DNA of 64,000 bases, taken from NCBI RefSeq assembly GCF_009914755.1, contig NC_060944.1; one strand, written 5' to 3'. Origin of the DNA: the human T2T-CHM13v2.0 reference genome, Homo sapiens. Shown here piece by piece: positions 26,085 through 39,261 of this stretch. The notes beneath the pieces were generated by a model that did no database searches, was not told the origin of the DNA, and saw nothing but the letters and a program-made list of their open reading frames with translations. A program made the translations under genes and the position numbers. Position 1 is the stretch's first letter. Each line of letters opens with the position of its first letter.

Positions 26085-26330
26085 GTATAGTTTATGCATC
26101 AACTTGACTTGATCAAACCATGGAGTGCCCAAATGTTTGGTAATAAAATATTATTCCAGATGCACCTGTGAGGGTGTTTCTATGGGGTTAACATCTGGAT
26201 CAGTGGACTGAGTAAAGCAGTCGGCTATCCCTAGTGTGGATGGGCCTCATCCAATCCACTGAGGGCAGAAAGAGACAGGAAAGCTCATGCTCACCAGCAT
26301 TTCCTATAATTCCGCTACAAATCCTTCTAA
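26085..26330 (+). mobile_element. MLT2 (ERVL) LTR, internally deleted
   Basis: 'tcaacttgact', 'cagtggactgagtaaagcag', 'gggcctcatccaatcc'. Confidence 0.7.
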
Positions 26331-26340
26331 TAAGCCCCCC

Positions 26341-26530
26341 TGGTAGATTCATGGCAAAATGGTCCTATTTCTCCACCCCTCCTTGTATCTGAGCCCTCCG
26401 CAGCTCCTCCCACTGAGATGTGGAGTTCCTCTCCCCACCCCTCCAGTTTCGGCTTCCTCGTGATTCTCTTTGGCCAATAGAATGCGGCAGAAGCCATGCT
26501 ATGCCCTCTGCATGACTGCTCTGGGACCCC
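26341..26530 (+). mobile_element. MLT1 LTR 5' fragment
   Basis: 'cctcccactgagatgtggagt', 'ctttggccaatagaatgcggcagaag'. Confidence 0.6.
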
Positions 26531-27389
26531 CGTTCTGCCAGTGGCATGTGCTATTTTCAGTCACCGTTACATTGCTGTGGCAATAAGAGCAGCTGATGTT
26601 TGAACCAGCTTCAATTGCTTTCTGGCTTTTTGCTCCCAGGTGGTCCTTGGAGAAGACCTGAGCTCCTTCCTATATCTTTCTGCACAGAGCTGCTTGGCTG
26701 GGCTGAGGTGGACAGACTCTTTGATTCTGCTGCCCTGTATGGTTGCTCCCACTGTTAATGTGTCGCTGAACTGCCTCAAATTGAGCCCCCTTATCCTCTG
26801 GGGGTGGGGGGAGAAAATGCTAGCCCCGCTGTGAAGCCGCTAATCCTTGATCACTCACTGTTGTAATGTCTTAGCTCTTATCTACAAGCATGAGTCATCA
26901 CCATTCTCCTGAATAACATGCTGTTCCATTCTGTTTCCATTTCTATGGACAGGGCAAGGTGACCACAGCAAGCCAGGTTTCCCAGACGATTTCTGTCGGT
27001 TGTTGAGAAAAATCAGATGGTTTGGTGGAAAAATAAGGTTTCCTGTTTTCTGGCAATTCTTCCCACACAGCACTCTGGTATCTCAACTGAACTCCACCCA
27101 GCCCTTCTTTGGGGCAGGAACCCCTCTTCCCCCAGACCCTCCTCTAAGGCCTAAAGAGCCAGGCAGGACCAGTTAATACAGGATCTTATGTCAGAAACTT
27201 AACTTCTTTAAGCTTCATATGCTCATTATATCATACGTCTGGGAATATTTTCTGTCATGGGTTATAGTGAGAAATGTAAAAATACATATATATACATATA
27301 CACCTGTGGAAACACCTACAACAATATCTGGCACCAAGAAAAAAGAGCTCAGTGAATGTTATACACTCTAGTTCCCTTCCCAAAGCATT

Positions 27390-27420
27390 AAAAAAACAAC
27401 AACAACAACAACAACAAAAA
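27390..27420. repeat. (AAC)n microsatellite
   Basis: Directly visible. Confidence 0.95.
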
Positions 27421-27539
27421 CGGGCAGAATGAAGGAAAGGGTTAAAGAGCAAACTTCAGATTTTGAAGGTCAACTTGGGCCCTGGGTTTGGTAGTAAGCC
27501 AAAATCACTATCTTAGTTAAGATAGAAGTGATATGGGTT

Positions 27540-28404
27540 GTGTGTTTGTGTGTGTGTGCAAGCATAGGCATGTGTGTGTAATCTCCTGTGTGTGTGTATG
27601 TGTGCGTGCGTGTGTATGTGTAATCTCCTGTGTGTGTGTGCGTGCGTGTGTATGCAATCTCCCGTGCGTGCGTGCGTGTGTGTAATCGCCTGTGTGTGTG
27701 CATATGTGTGTGTGTAATCTCGTGTGTGTGTGCATGTGTGTGTGTAATCTCCTGTGTGTGTGTGCGCATGCGTGCGTGTGTAATCTCCCGTGTGTGTGCA
27801 CGCACGTGTGTGTAATCTCCTGTGTGTGTGCCCGTGCGTGTGTGTAATCTCCCGTGTGTGCGTGCGTGTGTGTGCAATCGCCTGTGTGTGTGCATGCGTG
27901 TGTGTGTAATCTCGTGTGTGTGCGTGCGTGTGTGTAATCTCGTGTGTGTGCGTGCGTGTGTGCTTGCGTGTGTAATCTCCTGTGTGTGCGTGTAATTTCC
28001 TGTGTGTGTAATCTCCTGTGTGTGTGTGCGTGCATGTGTGTAATTTCCTGTGTGTGTGTGTGCGCGCAAGTGTGTGTAATCTCCTGTGTGTGCCCGTGCG
28101 TGTGTGTAATCTCCCGTGTGTGCATGCGTGTGTGTGTGTGTAATCTCGTGTGTGTGCGTGCGTGCGTGTAATCTCCTGTGTGCGTGCGTGTGTGTTTGTG
28201 TGTGTAATCTCCTGTGTGTGCGTGTAATTTCCTGTGTGTGTAATCTCCTGTGTGTGTGTGCGTGCATGTGTGTAATCTCCTGTGTGTGTGTGCGCGTGCA
28301 TGTGTGTATGTAATCTCCTGTGTGTGTGTGTGCGTGCGTGCGTGTGTGTAATCTCCTGTGTGTGTGTGGTGTGTGTGTGCGCGTGCGTGTGTGTGTGTGT
28401 AATC
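27540..28404. repeat. Minisatellite: ~27 units of TAATCTC(C) core plus variable TG/CG tract, 16-50 bp per unit
   Basis: Directly visible recurring 'gtaatctcc' with variants taatttcc, taatcgcc and caatctcc. Confidence 0.97.
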
Positions 28405-28800
28405 TAAGGCAAGGCTTGCGCCTGGGTAATTTATTTGGGAACTGGACCCTAGAGGGCAGAAGTACAGGACAAGGAGCTGAGACAAGAAAGAGGTTGATCT
28501 TCTATGTGTGAGCCCCCATGTGGGTGCACCACGCCAGTGCGATCATCTGAGGAGCTTATGAAAGGAGTCTCAGAACTGTTCACATGGAAAAAGAAAAGAG
28601 AGGGAAGTTTTTCCTCACACCCATCCTGCAGCCAAGGGGGCCTCTGCTCTTCTAGGCTATTCTTGTTTCCAGTTTCTTCCCACCTGAACAGGTGAATACA
28701 ACACAATATAAGTTTCTCAGAGCCAAGGGCAGAATCCTGGAGCTGGTCAGAGCGGGAACAGATGTGAACCGGTATCCTAAGGAAATAAGATTGGGGCAGA
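28405..28800 (-). mobile_element. Old ERVL LTR (LTR16/LTR33-like)
   Basis: 'aggcaaggcttgcgcctgggtaatttatttgggaa' resembles this LTR group. Confidence 0.4.
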
Positions 28801-29925
28801 GCTTAAACTGGAGGGAAGAGCACCACCCTGGACTAAAAGGAAGTTTTCTTCCTCAAAAGGAAAACATAGAGCTTCTTGAATCCAATGAGGAGTTAAACTC
28901 AACTAGGTGATAACTCGGTTTTCAATTCTCCCGGATACTGCATCACCATTTCTATGAAACTTTGGAATCCTGGTGTCTCTACAGGCCCTCTTCCGTTTGC
29001 CCCTGCATTCATCTGACTGTCATCTAATGCCCCAGAAAGCTCATGAGGTAAATGAATGATTGAGACACACAGCAGGGTAATGAATTTCAGCTCCATTCTT
29101 GGGGGAGCAGGAACAGGCAGACAAGCACAGTGAAGCTGCCCACACCAGGCGAGTGCTGTACTGGTTAATTTACCTCCCCAGTTCTGCTCAGCCCACCTAT
29201 CCCATGCTGCTTGTTTAATACAGAGCCCAGGTTGCTACCCCATCTTTTTCTTCCTCCCCTAGCACCAGCCATGTGTCCTTGAGGTGAGAGTAGGGCTCTG
29301 GCATGGCCTCCATTGTGCCCACAATGGTGTAAACCACAGCAGCCCCAGTGCCTTTGCACAATCCCAGCAGACTGTGCAGTTCTGGCTTCTCCTGTGATTT
29401 CACAAGCCACATGTGCTCCTTTACCAGGGGATAGCATTCTGGCTTTCCCACTAGCTATGGGAGTGGCTGCTGATGCTATCTGGAAGGGTGCTGGGGAAGG
29501 CAATCCCCCATGATGAGAACTTTGTCCTGGGAGAGCAGGAGCCAGGAGGGAACAGACAGATGAATCCTTTTCTCTGTTTTCCTCTGGCAGACCCTTCTGC
29601 CTGGCCTGTTTATACATGTCTCATGTGACGAGAAGTTAGAAATCAGTCGTGTTTCCTTTCCTGTAAAGCTGTTGCAAGCTCAGGATCACCCTCTTCTCCC
29701 CTCATTTTTGGTGCTGTAACATTGCACCATGAAATGGTAGGCCGTGAGCTCTGCCTATATTTTACTCTATTCGTGATGTCATAACAAAATACTATAGACT
29801 GGGTAATTTATAAAAACAGAAATCTATTTTCTCACAGTTCTGGAGGCTGGGAAGTCTAAGATCAAGGTACCAGCCAGCAGATTTGGTTGTCTGGTGAGGA
29901 CTGCTCTCTGCTTCCAAGATGGTGC

Positions 29926-30542
29926 AGACGACCAAAACGAGTGACTGAGGCAGGTGTCTCAACCAATCAAGGTGTATTGAGCCAGCCTGAGAGTGCGCCC
30001 ACAACATGAGCCACAGACACAACCATTCTTTCCAAAGAGGTTCTCAGCAGGCTTAGTATTTATACATTTTTTCTTAAAAAGGAGGGGAGGCAGTGAGGAG
30101 AATGGTTACATACTTGTGAGACTTTACTTCTCACTAAATCTACATTTTACATAAGATAAGGTGAACCTTTGAAGAAAAAAGGAATACAGAAATAAAACAA
30201 TTATGTAGCCAACTCAGGGAGGGGTGAAGGAATGATTAATCTCATCTTGCCTTTGTTCCGCACCTGGGGAGATAAGCTAGTAATTGACATTATCAGTGTG
30301 GAGCTTCAGGAACTAGATTTGGATTGCAGACCTAAAGTTACAATTGGCATGACCTTGCTTATGGGAGGCCAGCAAAGAAGTTACTCGTGAGTGGTCTGTG
30401 GGGCCAGACTTTCCAGATGTCTGAGGCCTTTTGCCTTTCCATGGGGTATCTGGAGGGTGCATACTGCTGGTAGCAGCTGCTTACTTGAATGACAGTGTGG
30501 CAATGACTGAACTTTAGGGCTTAATCTTCACTTTTGCATGAG

Positions 30543-30588
<46 letters not shown>

Positions 30589-30986
30589 TACTTTAAGTTC
30601 TTGGATACATGTGCTGAACATACAGGTTTGTTACATAAATATACATGTGCCATGTTGGTTTGCTGCACCTATCAACCCATCATCTAGGTTTTAAGCCCTG
30701 CATACGTTAGATATTTGTCCTAATGCTCTCCCTCCCCTTCCCCCCGACCTCCCGACAGGCCCGGTGTGTGATGTTCCCCTTCCTGTGTCCACGTGTTCTC
30801 ATTGTTCAACTCCCACTTATGAGTGAGAACTTGCAGTGTTTGGTTTTCTGTTCCTGTGTTAGTTTGTTGAGGATGATGGTTTCCAGCTTCACCCATGTCC
30901 TGCAAAGGACATGAACTCATTCTTTTTTATGGCTGCATAGTATTCCGTGGTGCATATGTGACCCGAGATTTTTATTTCCCTTTGCA
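29926..30986 (-). mobile_element. MER4-family ERV1 solo LTR, containing an L1PA
   Basis: 4-bp TSD GTGC (29922-29925, 30987-30990); terminus 'cccgagatttttatttccctttgca'. Confidence 0.75.
30544..30960 (-). mobile_element. L1PA (PA7/8-like) 3' end with (TA)n-converted tail
   Basis: 'ttactttaagttcttggatacatgtgc...caactcccacttatgagtgagaac...tttttatggctgcatagtattcc'. Confidence 0.92.
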
Positions 30987-32306
30987 GTGCCTTCTTGCTG
31001 CATCCTCTGGAGAGAAGGAGCCCTGCGTCCTCAGGGAAGGCAGAAGGGCAGGCAAGCCGGATACTGTGATGGTGCCTCTTCCATTCACAAGGGAGGAGCC
31101 CTCACAGCCTTGTCATCACCTCCTAAAGGCCTTGCCTTTTAATTTGATCACATGGGCCATGAAGTTTCAACACCTGAATTTTGGCAGAAATGCATTCAAA
31201 CCACAGCAGACCCATTATCCTATTTCTAAGGAACCTGGGATAAGACAAGTCCATAGGACAGGCATGGACAAGCGTCCTGAGCCCTGGGGCCAGGGGAAAT
31301 CCAAGGTAACAAGGGAAATTGGCGATCCCAGCCAGGTGCATGGCTAGAGCAGTTCTTTCCTTCGGAAGGGCAGCGATGGAAATTTCAGCTCTACTTTTTC
31401 CTTTTCCCGAGCTGTGTGATCTTGAGCAGCTTCCTTGCAGCTCATCCTTCATGTCCTAAAACAGATGATACAGCAACATCAGCAAGGTGGCAGACTAAGG
31501 AACTTCAGACACTACTTACTACCCCCAGAAACATTTTTTTAAAAACAATTAGAGGACCTTTGGAAAATAGTGAAAAGGTACAGGAGCCAAGCAACTGCCC
31601 ATTCAAGAAAAAGCAACATTCAAAATGCAGGAGATTTTGTGGATTTGTACTCCCCCTTTCTGCACCCTTCCCTGGCACTGAGCAGTGTTGGTTTGGAGGA
31701 GGTGGCAGCCCAGCTCCCAGTTCCTTCCCTCTAATGTTAGCGAGCAGAGTCTAACCTGTCTGGGGATGGCTTGAAGGATTAGTCCTGCTTTGTTCAACTC
31801 AGAGCTCAGAATAAGAGAAGCAGTTTAATTCAGATTGCAGGCTGAGAAAAAGCTATGGAAAGCAGCAGGAACTGCTCTTAAAAACTGCAGGGAGGCTACA
31901 GAGACTGAAGATGCCTGGGCAAGAGATTTCAAATGGAAGCATGTAATAAACCCTCTAAGGGCACACAAAGAAGCTGGAACAAGACTTTTGGAAAATTAAG
32001 ATGTCTAAAAGGAGCCATGTTTATGGGGAAATAGTTAAAGCCACATGAAGGCTCAGACGAGATGCATACTCAGAAAAAACCTGAGAAGATCTTAAGCTAC
32101 TCCTTGGGCTGACTCCAAGGCTCAGAACATGTCCTGAGAATTAGTGAAGATCTTCCCCATCACATAGCCTGTCCGCAAATACTAGGAGAAGTGGCTGTTT
32201 TTTCAAATTCTTAATTCTCAACAACGACAACAAAAATCACAAGGCGTACAAAGACACCAGAAAATACAACTTCTTCAGGGAAGAAAATGAATTGTCGGAA
32301 ACCACC

Positions 32307-32983
32307 CGTAAATCCAAGAAAATGATGGAGGCAAGTCTCAACCTTTTTAGAAGTATATTTTGCCGAGGTGAAAGACACGCCCAGGAGAAAGGAACACGTA
32401 CCCACAGGAAACATCTGCGGTCTGTGCTTTTTCCACACAGGGTCTGGGGGCTTCATTATTTATAGGGAAAACAGCAGGCAGTAGGTGAAAGAGGAAGAGA
32501 GAAAAAAAGGGAGGGTAGGTAAGGCGAGCAGTTGCATTCCTTTCAGTATTTTGATTATTTTCACTGAGTCCACATTTTTCATGTGAAAGAAGCCGGCTAA
32601 GGAAAAGTCAATTATGCATTCTTCTGGTTCCGTGAATCTGCGTTTTTAACATAAGATAAAATAATCATAGAGTATAGGAAGCAGTCAGGTACGCATTTGT
32701 CTCAGTTGAGCAGAGAGAGGACTTTTTGTTCTGTCCTTTGCCCTATGCCTGTGAAGATAAGCTGTTAATAATGTACATTGTCAGGGTGAAATTTAACAGA
32801 ACCACTTTAGGGTAAAGATCTTGGGGCCCATAGGAAATTTTCTTGTGAGAAAAACTTGAGGAAGGATGTAGCCATCTATTTGGGAACAAAATAGGAGGCA
32901 GGTTTGCATGACCCAGCTCCCAGCTTGACTTTTGCCTTTGGCTTAGTGAGCTTCAGGTACTGAGATTGTATTTTTCTTTCACA
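32307..32983 (-). mobile_element. MER4A-like ERV1 solo LTR
   Basis: TSD CACC (32303-32306, 32984-32987); 'cccagcttgacttttgcctttggcttagtga...tttctttcaca'. Confidence 0.85.
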
Positions 32984-33429
32984 CACCCTTGAAGAAACAT
33001 GCAAATATCAATTAAAAGAGAGGAAGTGTGGCTATATTAACATGAAATAAAATACACTTTAAGTCAAAAACTGTTACAAGACACAAAGAAGGACATTAAA
33101 TATAGTTGAAGGGTGACTTCATCAGGGAGCAATGACAATTATAAACACATATGCACCAAACATTAGAGTGCCTAATTATTTGAAGCAAACATTGACAAAA
33201 TTGAAGAGAGAAATAGATAGTTCTACAATAATGGTAAGACACTTCAATGACCCTACTTTCCACAGTGGATGAAACAGCCAGAAAGAACATAAATAAGAAA
33301 ATAGAGGACTTGAACAGCACTATAGACCAATTGGATCTAATAAATATATGCAGAACACTCCACACAACATACGAGGAGTACACATTGTTCTCATGTAAAT
33401 GTGAAACATTCTCCAAAACAGCCCATATG

Positions 33430-33614
33430 TGTGATATTATATATATAACATACATATTTTATATGTATCATAGATATTATATATCTCTCTATAGAATTAA
33501 TATATAGATATAGATAGAGAATGGGATTGTCCACAGTTTCTGGCTCATAACTCCCATCATCCTTGTTATAATGTTGGGTGCTTTAGGCCTCAGAAGCAGA
33601 CCTCAAAAACAGAA

Positions 33615-33645
<31 letters not shown>

Positions 33646-34314
33646 GACCTCCACCCTCCTTTCATCTGATCATTTTTCTCCACAAGACAACACTCTAATT
33701 TTTCCCACCTTTCCATAAAGGTCATCTGACCTATCTTGTCTGATGAGAAAACTCCTGCCCCATACCCTGGAGATGGGAATGCTGCAGAGAGAGGCCAAGG
33801 TGCATCTGAGTACACAGGCCTTGCTGAGTTTCCCCACTCATTCTATTAGTACTAGATCACACCCTTTTTGCCAAATCACATTTCTAACCTATGTTGAAAA
33901 TCCTTTATAAAACCCCAAAGAGGACATGTTGGGGAGCTTCTGGATAGCTGAACATGTGGAGGCTCCTGGAGGGTGAGGCACAAGGAGAGCATGGAAGCTC
34001 CGCGACCTTTCCGCCATGCCTCACCCTATGCACCTTTTCATCTTTATCCTTTGTAACATCCTTTATGATAAACTAGTAAATGCAAGTGTTTCCCTGAGTT
34101 CTGTGAGCTGCTCTAGCAAATTAGCCTAACACAAGGAGGAGGTCATGGGAGTCCCAATTTACAGCCAGTTGGCCAGAAGGCTCATGTCCATGGCAGAGTT
34201 TATTGCTTGCTTGCTGGTGAGGAGAAATGCTGACAGTCTGTTCACAGAAATTGTCTGTATTGATTGTTGTGGTGTGAGAGCAGAGAAAAAAACTGTGTTA
34301 TTTTTTCATTCACA
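33430..34314 (+). mobile_element. MER21A-like solo LTR with TA-rich expansion at its 5' end
   Basis: TG..CA ends; TSD atatg/atata; 'gtttccctgagttctgtgagctgctctagcaaatta'. Confidence 0.8.
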
Positions 34315-34604
34315 ATATATTAGGTCACAAAATAAGTCATAATATTTCAAATATTGAATCATACAAAATATTTTTTTCAGAATGGAATGGAACTACAAAT
34401 AAGTTACAGAAGGGAAACTAGGAAGAGGAAAATATAGAGAATCGCAATTTACCACAACAGAAAGCCCGGAGCAGCAATCCTTGTGGGAACCAGTGTGGGG
34501 ACAGGAAAGCCTGAACTATAATTTGCAAATTGCTGGAGGCTTAGAGTGGACAAGTCTGAGAAGTAAAATCTCCAAGGGGACCTTTCCATTGTGGGCTATC
34601 CAAA

Positions 34605-34993
34605 TGCTATGGTTTGAATGTGTCCTTTCCAAAATACTACCCATTGAATGGGATAGTATTAAAAGGTAAGGCCTTTGAAAGGTGATTAGACCATGAGGGC
34701 TGCTCCCTGTGAATGAGATTAATGCCTTTATTAAAGAGGCTACGGGCAGTGTTCAGTGCACTTGCCCTTCTGCTTTCCACCATATGAGGACATGCTGTTT
34801 CTCCTCTCTGGAGGATGTCTTATTTGAGGCACCATCTCAAAAGCAGAGCCCAGGTCGTCAACAGGCAACCAAACCTGCTGGCACCTTGACTGTGGACTTC
34901 CCAGCTTCCAGAACTGTGAGAAATTAATTTCTCTTATGTATAATTTACCCAGTCTCAGGTACTCTGTTATAGCAATACAAGTGGACTAAGACA
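34605..34993 (+). mobile_element. MST-family MaLR solo LTR
   Basis: Runs from 'tgctatggtttgaatgtgtcc' to 'ggactaagaca'. Confidence 0.88.
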
Positions 34994-36029
34994 CCACCCT
35001 TGTGTGAGTTTTAACTTCTGGAGCTTTATTAGAGCCTCACAGTGAATATCACAGAAAAACTCCCTCATGCTTCTGGCAGGAAGAGGTGAAAAGGAATCAT
35101 TTTAAACTATCCCAAAGCATTCTGTTTTCTTAACAAGGTCTGCCCTCAGGAGAAACTATTCAACCAGAGCCTAACGTGATGACGTTTTATAAGAGCCTAA
35201 GTGTCCTGGAGAAAGGGGAATACCCCAGCAGCCATGGGGTACCATCTAATGGAGGGGGAAGGAATTGAGAAGCACAAGTGAAGTTCACGATACAGAGGCA
35301 CAGACTCACTAAAAGGCTGACACTTCATCATCTGACCATAAGACTACAGAATGCTGGCCTTCCTTCGCATATGACCACCACATGGCTAAAAGTCTGTTTA
35401 CTGCAGTCCCTTTTATCAAGTATATTATTTATGGTTACCAATTAAAAATTATAAGACATCTTAAGAGGTAAAAAACACAGTTTGAAGAGATAGAGCAAGC
35501 ATCAAAACCATAATCTGATATAGCAGAGGTGTTGGAATTAGCAGACTGAGAATTTAAAACAACTAGAATGAATATGTTAAGAGCTGTAATGGATAAATCA
35601 ATTGGCATGCAAGAGTGGCCGGGAAGTGTAAGGAGAGAGATGGAAATCCTAAGAAAGAATCAAAAATACATGCTGGACATCAAAAACACTATAACAGAAG
35701 TGGAAAATGCCTTTTATAAAAACACATTTTTATAAAAAGGCATTTTTAGGCACATTAATAGACTGGACACAGACAAAGCTGAGAAAAGTCTGTTTTCAGC
35801 TTGAGGATATATCAGTAGAAACCTCCAACACTGCAAAGCAAAGAGAAAAAGACAGAAAAGAGAAACAAAACAGAACATACAGGAACTGTAGGACAACTAC
35901 AAAAGGTATAAATATGTGTAATAAAAACTCTAGAAGGAGAAAAAGAGAGAGAAAAGAACAGAAGAAATAGTTGAATTTATAATGACTAAAAATTTCTCCC
36001 AAATTAATGTTTGGCACCAAACCACAGAT

Positions 36030-36881
<852 letters not shown>

Positions 36882-37015
36882 TTCCCCATTTTTAATCAGG
36901 TTCTCACTTAGGTGAGAATGTGACCAAAACTTAGGGCCCTAGCACCACTCTGAGTTACCATCATTTTGGCTTTCTGGTCTCAGCATGTCATTCATAGGTT
37001 ACGGTGTCCTCATGG

Positions 37016-37560
37016 TCACATATTTCTTTCAGGTCTTGTCATTCTAGTTGAAGAGAGACCATTAGACATTCCAGACATGGCTGCATGCAGACATTGAAAA
37101 CTTTTGAGAGAACACAGTGCACCAGGGAGACTACTATTATGACTATTGGGAATATAATATCGAGAGTTTGGAGTATGGTTCTTACCCAGGATCCCCATAA
37201 ACCAAACCATCTAAAATGAAATAGATCAAACAATGAGCTAGATAAAGAGTCTGCTCGCTTAACTAAGCAGTCTCTTTTCTAATCCCCTACAACCGAATCT
37301 CTATACTACCCAATGTTTTCTCCATGTGCCACAAGTGTCAGCAGCTGCACAGATACTTCTGTTTAGCCAGTAAGTAATCTAGAGTAAATCTATTATTTAG
37401 CATAACTTTCACAAGAGAATTTAAGGTCTGTTGTGTAACCATAGCCTTTACAGTAGAATCTGCTATAGAGCCTATCATGAGGGATACATTTTTAATCATT
37501 GCCTCTTTTACTCCAAACCATGGAAAAAGGACCTAACAAATGATGCCCTTATAGAATAGT
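37016..37560 (-). pseudogene. env TM-subunit remnant
   Basis: Minus strand reads QQTLNSLVKVMLNNRFTLDYLLAKQ, then after a frameshift SICAAADTCGTW (immunosuppressive domain and degenerate CX6CC); hydrophobic anchor in ORF 37039..37233. Confidence 0.8.
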
Positions 37561-39261
37561 GAAGCCCTCCTGGCAATGTTCTTTTTAACCCATGATGTGG
37601 GTTAAGAAGAGTGAACCAGTGCTCTGTTTCTGACTATGAGGCAACATATGTACCATTAAAGTTTCTCACCTACATTGGGCCTTCATCTTTCATCTATCAA
37701 GGTATAAGGTTATCCATGCATAAGGCTGGCTGCAAAATCCTTTGCAAATAAAAGTATACCCATAAGTGCACACAACAGATCCCCTTTTCATTTCTATTGT
37801 TCATAGAGGCATAAGCAAGGGAAAAATATGCAAAGATAAGAGTTTTATGATAGTAGAGAAGTCTTGATCTGTGATCTTAGAAAAAGCTGTTCACATCAAG
37901 GATGCCATCTTCTTTTGGGGATAAACTTCCCTGGTTAGCTTTACCTTAAGTGTTCCAATGGGTGTACAGTTCCAAGAGTGTGGAGGGACCCTACTCAGTT
38001 GTGAAATTATGAACCCAATGTTCAAGGTCCTGACGTTTAGTTTCAGTGTGGATGGCAAGGTCTGTCTTTCCCTGATATTCTCAGAAGATCCAATGTTTGG
38101 GTTCTAGATTGTGAAGGGGTTGATTGTCCTCAGTCTGTGAACCATAAAAAGCTTTCTTTACCTGGTGAAAATAGACTGTGGCATAATAATCTACTGTTAT
38201 AGCATTAGCCTTCTTGCTAATGGGAAAGCTTTTATACAACCAGAAAACATGCATTGAAAATGACAATGGAATGAAATTCCTCTATAAATGTTTAAATGGC
38301 TCATCAAGTAGCTGAATGTTTCTGAAGCTTTCATTGTCTTCCCAGGAATACGGATTTGACAAACCAAATATTGGTCATAAACTACTTTAGCAATTTAGAA
38401 GTCACCATACCAATATGTATTTAATTTCGTTTATTTTATCTTTTCCAGGATGTATCATGTAATGTGGAACTTTTAACTAAAAAAGCTATAAGAACTTAGG
38501 AAGGGCAGGGAAGCTGTCCTGGTTCTCCATGAGTCCATGCTTAACATTGGACTTATGTCGTCTTGAATACCAGTTGTTTCTCCAATTTAGGCACACAGCA
38601 CTGATAACTAATGGGTTACTCTAGGTAATTTGACTTAGACCATGGAGTTTATTCAAATTGTATATCTAAACAATTTCAGTGTTGGCTGATTTAGGATGAA
38701 AATCTGGCAAAATATTTTCTTGGTTTCAATTAATTTTTGTTCTCCTTGGGTTAGCAGTTTTATAAACCAGTCAGTTTTTTCAGTAAAGTTCCAGGAATTC
38801 CTACCCAGTCCAAATCATGATTTTAAAGTTACCAGAAACCTGTATTAAAGAGTGCTTTTCAGGGTCCTTTTCATCCTTTCATGAACCTCCTAAAAGATAC
38901 CATATTCTCAGATTTTGTGTGCTTGCAACATTTTCAGAAACTGCATCAGCATTAAGCAATTAACAGTGGAAATGACTTTAAATAGTCACAATTAAAGACA
39001 CAACTGACAAAGCAATCTAGTTATTTCTGTGGTTTTAATAACATAATAATCAAAATTATGATTGATAGCATATACTCAGACATATTCGAATTTTACCATG
39101 ACATATAATTTTGGAACATATATTAATGTCATTCACTAAAATATAGCCTGAAGAAAGTTATACATTATTTTTTATTTTGACAATGCTTCCCATGTAACTT
39201 GGAATGTCAGATAGTCCTGTTTACCTCTTTTTTTGGATGTTTCAGGGACTCTCTGTAGTAT

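Larger units (their letters stand above)
29765..31208 (-). mobile_element. MST/MLT1A-type MaLR LTR, split by a MER4 insertion
   Basis: 'ctcacagttctggaggctgggaagtctaagatcaagg...cttccaagatggtgc' resumes at 30987 with 'gtgccttcttgctgcatcc' and ends 'cattcaaaccacagca'. Confidence 0.85.

Noticed and set aside
27540-28404. CRISPR-like repeat/spacer appearance
   Set aside because: Core is only ~8 bp, spacers are low-complexity TG tracts, there are no cas genes, and the context is primate.
27470-28485. Longest ORFs (262-322 aa, His/Thr-rich)
   Set aside because: Translations of the minisatellite, open only because the repeat lacks stop codons on the minus strand.
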